Source: Phoronis australis (lineage: Eukaryota; Animalia; Phoronida). Taken from it: a stretch of 64,000 nt of DNA. Both the position numbers and the translations under genes were made by a program. The stretch's first letter is position 1; the number at the start of each line of letters is the position of its first letter. Below the pieces are notes generated by a model. That model saw only the letters and a program-made list of their open reading frames with translations. It was not told the DNA's origin and did no database searches. Below are positions 57,046 to 64,000 of this stretch, one piece after another. The DNA lies in assembly GCA_002633005.1 (NCBI GenBank), contig NMRA01000151.1, positions 538,400 through 602,399 of the forward strand, given 5' to 3'.

Positions 57046-58102
57046 TCCAAACATCACAGAGCACTGTGGCACCAAAGAAAATTGGTTACCTTTCCATGCC
57101 CAAAAAGCGCAGGCCCCCGGTCTATAGGCAAATGAAGGCACGAACTTCTCACCGAAAGAGGTCGACAGCATCTGTGAATCTCGTTTTGAATACACCCATA
57201 CTGAGGCCGAGCAAGCACGAACGTAGATTTTCTGAACACATTCATTTTAATTAATTCTCATAAATTTTAAATGATTTTTGCAAAATGGGTTTTAAACAAA
57301 GAGTTGATTCTACGTCGGACACAAAGATATCTTTTCCACACAAATTCGCCACTCATCAGGGACACTTTCTGTGGTTCATGCACTCTCTTGACCTAGCTGT
57401 GGCTAATTTTACACCATCCATGTGACGTCAGCAGCAGAATGTAGGTCGATCAAGGGCTCTGCTAGTAGCATGCACAAACGTTACAACAGGAGGTGTTGCG
57501 CGTTACTTCCAGTTTTCAGACTCATTGGACACTTCTGCAGTTTTTTAGCCCAGGGCTCATATATAACGTTAGTTAACCTCGTAAGTTTGTTGTGTTTTAT
57601 TTCCTTTCAGTATAAGGCCTGCTCAAGGTTACTCTAGTTATAGACCTGTCATTTGTTTATTTTTAGATCGCCATCATTTCTCATAGTGTCTCGTCTGACT
57701 GAACAACATAAGGGCTGATATACATGTAAGAAATGGCTGGTGTTAATTTACAATCAAATCGACTTTGTGTTTAGTTATTGCATTGTCGTGATCATATAAC
57801 ACCCTGTACCTATCTGGCACGTTCCACCACGCCCGTGTTTAAAGCCCTGATCGACTGGTACTAAGGAATAATGTCAACAATTCTGATGTTGTGTAATACA
57901 CTGCAGGTCACCAGTAAATCGATCCAATGTAGTTACCGAGATAACACAATAGCCTAGAACACGATCGAAACGTCGTTCAGTAAACTGGTTTTCAAAATCC
58001 GTAGATAGACAGTTTGTTGTACAATATATCGACGACTTCCATTCTCAGTCCTCTTTAGTGAAAGCCAGCTATTCAATTCAGCGTTTTATTTACAGTTTCG
58101 AG

Positions 58103-58292
58103 ATGTCTATTAGCGCGGGCGAAGTTAGTGTCAGACTGGCTTCTAGGGAGGATTTCTCTGAAATCGTCGAGTTGCTCCATGAGGTTGGAATGAAAGGACA
58201 ATGTGTGTCTACACTGGAGTTTTACACTGAAGTAGACCCTTCGGGATTCTTTGTTGCGGAATTAAAAACGAATACGGAACGGAAAATCATTG
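58103..58292 (+). CDS. First coding exon of a GNAT-family N-acetyltransferase; the gene probably continues beyond the window
   Basis: Acceptor ttttatttacag at 58095, ATG at 58103, donor ATT G|gtaaga. Encodes MSISAGEVSVRLASREDFSEIVELLHEVGMKGQCVSTLEFYTEVDPSGFFVAELKTNTERKIIG, with the GNAT start pattern (VRxAxxED...DPxGFFVAE...IIG). No downstream exon with acetyl-CoA motif A was recognised in the window. Confidence 0.75.
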
Positions 58293-58869
58293 GTAAGAAC
58301 AAATGCCCTTTGGGTTGTGATCATCGTTGTCTCTTGTGATGTGATCAAGGACTTGAGCTGGAGACTTGAACTGTTATGCTCAACTAACCAAATGTTTCCT
58401 AATTAAGTAGGCCTAACTTTTTTCGTCTTTACCAATTGCCCTTAGGTCACCAAGACCACGTGACGTGCAAGCGTAGGCTACTAAGTGCTTTGAGTAATTT
58501 ATCCTTATTGTCGTAATTAAAATACAATTTGTGAAGGTTTGCAAAACATGTTTTAAGTCTGGGAGTTGAGTTCGAAGTTATGTTTCTGTTTATTGCAACG
58601 GCTGTGGCAACACGACACACAGTTGTTCTAACGAGATTCTGTTTCAATACCACCATGTCCGGGTCCGATCATTCCGCGTTCATCCCACTTTGACTTCATG
58701 TCCTCCAGTTGATAACTACGCCACAATTCCTCGCTGACAAATTCTGACAACCTCCATCTCAAGTTCCACCTTTGCACACAAACAAAAAATGCCAGAGGCT
58801 GCACCTTTGCCGATTAGTGAATGAGGCTGGCCCCTAGCCTTTCAAACCTCAACAGGTACTAATTGTGCC

Positions 58870-60821
58870 ACGTCCATATTCGAGAGTTGATGGTGTTACG
58901 GTCTAAAATAAATTTTTGGTCACTTACCAAATGCCAACTGTATATCATATGCAAAGAGTTATTTAGTTGTGCAAATTAAAAAAAAGAATCATCAAAATCG
59001 GACAATGTTTGAGAAATGTATGCATGTTTTTGTCTAAGAATGTCATGCATTTTTAGCGTTAGGAGAGGCCACTTTAAAAGTACAGTTTTCAACTCTCAAC
59101 ATTAGAAAAGAAATTTATTTTATTAAGTTAGCAATTGCTTTGATATGACTGGGAATAACTTGATTCACTTTGAGAAACACTTAGACGAAGTTGTGCTTAA
59201 CATTGAGAAACGGTAGGTTTCATCGTAAAACAGGCACTTGTTACGGAATTTGTGAAATCTGCATTTCTAACCATCACCTACTGTAAAGAGGGTTAAAAAC
59301 TAAAGTTCACCTTCTGTAATAAAAAGAACTGTAGAGTATGATAGCCTAGGCAACACAACAAATTAATCAATATCTAAACATACCAAAAGTTGACTGGGAT
59401 CTGCTATGGTGAAAATGGGCCAAAAAGGCTAACAAATTGTAGTGTACGTACCCCCATGTGGAATTCAATAACATAAATGGTCATTGCACATGAAATTATT
59501 GCCTTTTAAATAACAACACGGTGCTTATTATCTCCAAAGAAAAATAGATGGCCATGCAACATTATGTTACCATGTAATGCAGAAACATTGATGTAGTGTA
59601 CGTACCTTCTTTTGTAGTTTACGTACCCCCATGTTTACAAATGTCATGAAATTAAAATGTCACTTCGCAAGTGAGCAACATTGGTCAGAGCTAGTTTCCT
59701 TCCTTAAAATTTCAGGTTAAAAGGGTGTTTATTGCAAATACATTTGTTTTGTGTGAAATATTTTCATTTGTGCCTATTTTTAATCTATGGCAAATATGCA
59801 CATCATTGCTGTTCTTTTTGTTTTTTCTCTTTGAATAGATTTCGTAAGTGAACTAACTCTCAGTAAATTCTACAGCATGTAAGTATTTTTTATAAACCTG
59901 GCAAGTCATTGAAATGTAGTGTACGTACCCCTGTGTAGTTTACGTACCTCAAACCTCTGTGCTATAAAGTATTGCCCTCAAGTATTTTTACATACTGCTG
60001 TTTTCATGAACAATACTGATATTTTCAAAATGCATCCAATCTGACAAAACAAAAAAAAAACAGTGGACATTATTAAATTTGTAGGAAATAAAATGCCAAA
60101 CAGGTCTGGGCTATTAACATCCTAGAAAACATGTCATGTGACAACTGATGTTGCAGAGGCAGGTTTTCTGTGTCTCAAGACAACTTGCAACAAAACAACT
60201 AGTAGAGGCAGCATTAAACTCAAGATCATCCCATACATTTGTAACTTAGTAAAAATTTGACGTGCGTAGTGTACGTACCCCCCATCCAGTACAATTTTTT
60301 ACTGTTTACAAGTTGAACACTGGGGCTAACATTGCTTTAACTATTTTGACCAACTGGTGAATGTGTTGAAAACTAAGCAAATAGCTCCAATAAAGTTTTT
60401 GCAAAAAGTAGTTACGTGTCATTTTCTTTTTATAAGAATCATACTGCAAGAGAAGTTCTCATTATACTGTGTTAAGACTTGCAATGTATCATCAACTACA
60501 ACAACTTGATCAACACGGTAATAACTTTTCTTACTTTAGTATGTGATACTTCTTCAATTTGATCAAGAATTTACTTAATTAACAGCTACCTTATGAATTT
60601 TTGCATGATAGAAGTGGGCTGTGGCCACAAGTTGTAGTGTACGTACCCTTTTATGCAAGTGCGATGCATTAGGCCATAAAATTTTATTCGGTGGTTTTTG
60701 TGCAAAAATATTTTAGATTACAAACCTGGAATCATTTATGATGGTACTTTAAAATAACAAAGCTTTTACAGTTATATGACAACCTTCATTTTTCACCAAA
60801 AGTGTCCACCGAATATGGGCC
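58870..60821. mobile_element. Non-coding element with seven dispersed GTAGTKTACGTACC motifs and short TIR-like ends
   Basis: Motif copies start at ~59439, 59593, 59614, 59916, 59935, 60266 and 60634, all on the same strand. Ends gtccatattcg (58872-58882) / cgaatatgggcc (60810-60821). Confidence 0.6.
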
Positions 60822-62583
60822 TTGATTGCCCGCTGGCTTTCATGTCTCCAACAGTGCAACAGCCACCCAGCACACTCACTACCGTAGTGCCCCTATTGTT
60901 TGTAGGAAATAATTTCACTGTTCTACCTTAAAACACCGTGCACTGGGTATGTTTACATACAAATACATCAATAACAGGCCGCATTATGCAATTTGTGTTT
61001 TGAGATTAAAGCATGTCCAGTTTTATTTCAACCTAACACTCCACTCGTGATTTCTCTTTGACCTTCGACATAGCTAGTGATGCGTAGGCCTACGCATGAC
61101 TTGAAAAAATACTTCTCACTGAGGCGAAGGAGTTGTAGTAATTTGTAAATCACGAGTGTAAATATGCTTTTCTCGTCCGTGTTTTACTAACGTAATCATT
61201 GACCTTATGTCCAATGGAAGATTCTGTTGTAGGTCCAGTAAAATTACCCTTCGTAAATGTACGCTCTAAAATTAACCAGGTAAGTATAGGCTCGTAAAAT
61301 GACGAGCGACACATGACGTGTGTAACACGTGCGTGATTAACGACCGTATTTCACAAGAGTAAAATACAAACGTAAATTGCGAGCGTAAAATACTAGAATA
61401 AATTATGAACATACGTTTACGAATGCAAGATTGTAATGAATAATCTGTTGAGGTTGTGAAAAGAAGATGATCAGATTTGGTTATCTTCAGAAGACCGTAC
61501 ATGTATCTCAGAAATAACATATTGGATTCATATGAAACTTCAAATACTATGCGTTATACACTGTTCTCTTTAAACTCTGTTCCAAATCGAGCGTTGTAGA
61601 ATTATTCCGTTTTGTGCGAATGCTTAAACGTTATGTCAGCATCTTCTTGTTTTGGAACCTGTTGCCGGAGTGTGTCTATTGACTGGGATAGTTAAAGATG
61701 TTATCTTCACCTTCACATAAATTATACATGATGAGTTTTGTCAGTCGACAGATGTCACTAGAATATAAGTACTTCGTAACTCGGTCAGCCCTGCTTGCGT
61801 TTTTTTCTTTATTTAATTTTTTTTTAACGTGGGAGGTGTTTCCGCGGAAACCTCATTGCGTATGACGGCAGTTGATTGAGTACCCATTGTTACGAAGTCA
61901 GCTGTCACTTACTAAGGTGCGGGTACATCACCAAAATAAAAATGATTCTGGATAAATCATATTAAATTTGGTTAAGTTTGGAAATGTTTGGAGTTGTGTG
62001 GAATGACCATTATTTTATTTGAGTATTTTGACGGCCACGTGAATAGAATAGAGGGCGATCCGGGCATGTTTCATGAATACTGAAGAAAGCGCATTCCAAA
62101 TTCCTTAAAAAACTCGTAGTTGCTCATCAAATGCCGAGCGAAACCAACAACCTTCAATTGGTAACACTGGTGTCTCACTGCAGACATCATAAATTCAAGC
62201 TAGTGATGATTGAAAATTGAATATACAGTGTTCAGCTGCCTGCAGTGGGCAGTGATGTAGTCAGACCTTGCATATATGCATGTAACCTAGGATATCGGTC
62301 ACAAATATCACTCAACATAAATCACGTTCTTTCACAACAACTGTGAGGCGCTTTGGGATTTCCCGTTAACCTGTCATTCATCAAGCATGAGGTTCTGACG
62401 CTATGTTCATTGAGTATTGATTTCTATCCTCACTCCGAATAGTCTACAAATTAATATTGACACGATATCCATGACATTTTTCCATTGAACGCTTCTATAA
62501 TTTATGATCCTAGTCAAATGTATGCATGCAGCCCGCTTTATCCGCTACCAAGCTACATGTAGATGTAGACAACACGGCTGAAT

Positions 62584-62757
62584 CTATCACTAAATAACCT
62601 AGCTAAATCTAAGTACCTAAAAGGCGAAAAAGATTTCAGTTATCAATTCAATTAATGTGTACAAAGATGTATCATTAAATAACCTAATTAAACCTAAGTA
62701 CCATGAAGGCGAAATAGATTTCGGTTATCAAATTAATTAATGTGTACAAAGATGTAT
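62584..62757. repeat. Tandem duplication, ~85-bp unit x2
   Basis: taaataaccta..taaa.ctaagtacc...aaggcgaaa.agatttc.gttatcaa...aattaatgtgtacaaagatgtat occurs twice. Confidence 0.85.
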
Positions 62758-63440
62758 GTTTTGTTGTCCGATCTTTAAAATAGAGACAACTGTTCATCAG
62801 AATGCAGGCTATAATGATCGTGGCGTAAGACTTATGAGACCTGATGGTTGGTTGAAGCCGAAATTTAACCGTTTTCATATGCACAGATACATGTACGAAA
62901 CTCCATGTAAGGTTAATTTTAGGATACAAAAATCGTGATATTCTACATGTAACCCAGCATAGCAAATAGTCTTTAGGAGGGGCCGCTTTGCGATTTGCGC
63001 AATCTCTGTACCATTGGTGGCAATTTCACTGCAGTTCTGTAAAGCAACTTTCAATTGTCTCCGACACAAATAACCTTCATAAGCTTTAGAATATTTATCT
63101 CATTCTACTAACTCAAACGAGAACTGTAATAAAGTGAATAAAATTCGGGAACTCGCAAAGCAATCACCATGATATCCTAACGTCAACTTACGGGACGCCA
63201 ACTCTCGTGCTTCATTCAAGAGTGAGAAAAGAAAATTTCAATTCCTCACCGCCAAATGTAAATTAACTACAAACTTGAGGACGGGAAGCTATCAGAAAAC
63301 GTATATGAATACAAAAACGACGTAATAGAGAGGTTTCGCAAAGCAAAGTGAACGTGAATTATGACGCATATCCATTCATGTTACAGTAACGAAAATGGAT
63401 TTCGCAACAGCTACCTGAGCTCAGGATGTCCAGTTATCGT

Positions 63441-63555
63441 AGACTCGTAGCCAGCATTAAGCAGGGAGTGGTTCGAATTTCTAGAACGGTGGACCTTCGT
63501 TATTTTGCAAACGTCGACACTGTAGAGTTTTCGGTACTAGGCCTTTGACGCAGCT
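63441..63555. repeat. Dispersed repeat, inverted copy of 50947-51060
   Basis: Reverse-complement match to 50947-51060; begins like a CAGGCCCGTAGCCAG-type MITE terminus. Confidence 0.75.
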
Positions 63556-64000
63556 TAATTACGATAATCGTAGTACATATCCGCTAGATACAAATATATA
63601 ATGAATGTGAAAATGTCGTTTCCGCGAACTCTTGCGAAAAATAGTCAACTTTCATTATGCGAAATTCATTTGCAGTTTAGAATAAATAGATGCATGCAAA
63701 TTAAGCAATAACAACAAGAAATAATATTTGTTAAAAATCTATTTTAGTTCGAAGATATCCATCGAACCCCGGCAGTATAAGGATTTTAGAAAAAGTGCTT
63801 TCTTGCAAGGAAACTTCAAGAACATTTATAGAAAAAAGATTCGTTTTTATTTTATACTGAAGAAAATAAAAAAGGTTGAGAACCCTATCAAAATGAAAAT
63901 CTTCGATGTCTTACCAAAAAAAGAATTTAAAAAGCGGTCAGTTTTCGCGTTTCAAGCGACGCCAATCTCTGTATTCGCATAGTATTGAAAATTCTATTAA

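Noticed and set aside
59439-60648. CRISPR array interpretation of the repeated GTAGTKTACGTACC motif
   Set aside because: The repeat is only ~14 bp, spacing is highly irregular (19-368 bp), there are no cas genes, and the context is an intron-containing animal genome.
62783-62910. Possible second exon of the GNAT gene
   Set aside because: The translation lacks GNAT motif A (R/QxxGxG/A) and the splice signals are weak.

Overview
AT-rich, intron-containing animal genomic DNA, probably from a marine invertebrate; the species cannot be determined from the sequence. It has a 583-N gap (48967-49549) and a 5-N gap (23710-23714). The left third holds a complete minus-strand PRDM14 orthologue. I reconstructed it by hand as 9 GT-AG coding exons (18030-17954, 16857-16499, 10147-10058, 7589-7429, 6927-6660, 6188-6059, 2996-2870, 1669-1559, 261-94; 1491 nt, 496 aa). 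It has a pre-SET segment, a PR/SET domain and six C2H2 fingers. About 40 kb upstream and divergently oriented is the first coding exon of a GNAT-family acetyltransferase (58103-58292). The rest is dominated by transposon remnants: a near-complete Ngaro/DIRS-type tyrosine-recombinase retrotransposon fused at its 3' end to an L1/Tx1-like LINE fragment, two Sola3-like DNA transposon remnants (one a 5.0-kb TTAA-flanked element splitting a ~140-bp tandem array), a THAP pseudogene fragment and several MITEs. The most unusual structures are (i) a head-to-head LINE insertion with a 3' tail at both ends inside one apparent target-site duplication and (ii) a ~1.95-kb non-coding element with seven co-oriented copies of GTAGTKTACGTACC between unique spacers. 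I found no CRISPR array, rRNA or tRNA gene. No new system is proven; the two structures above are the best candidates. All family assignments come from motif recognition by eye, not database searches.
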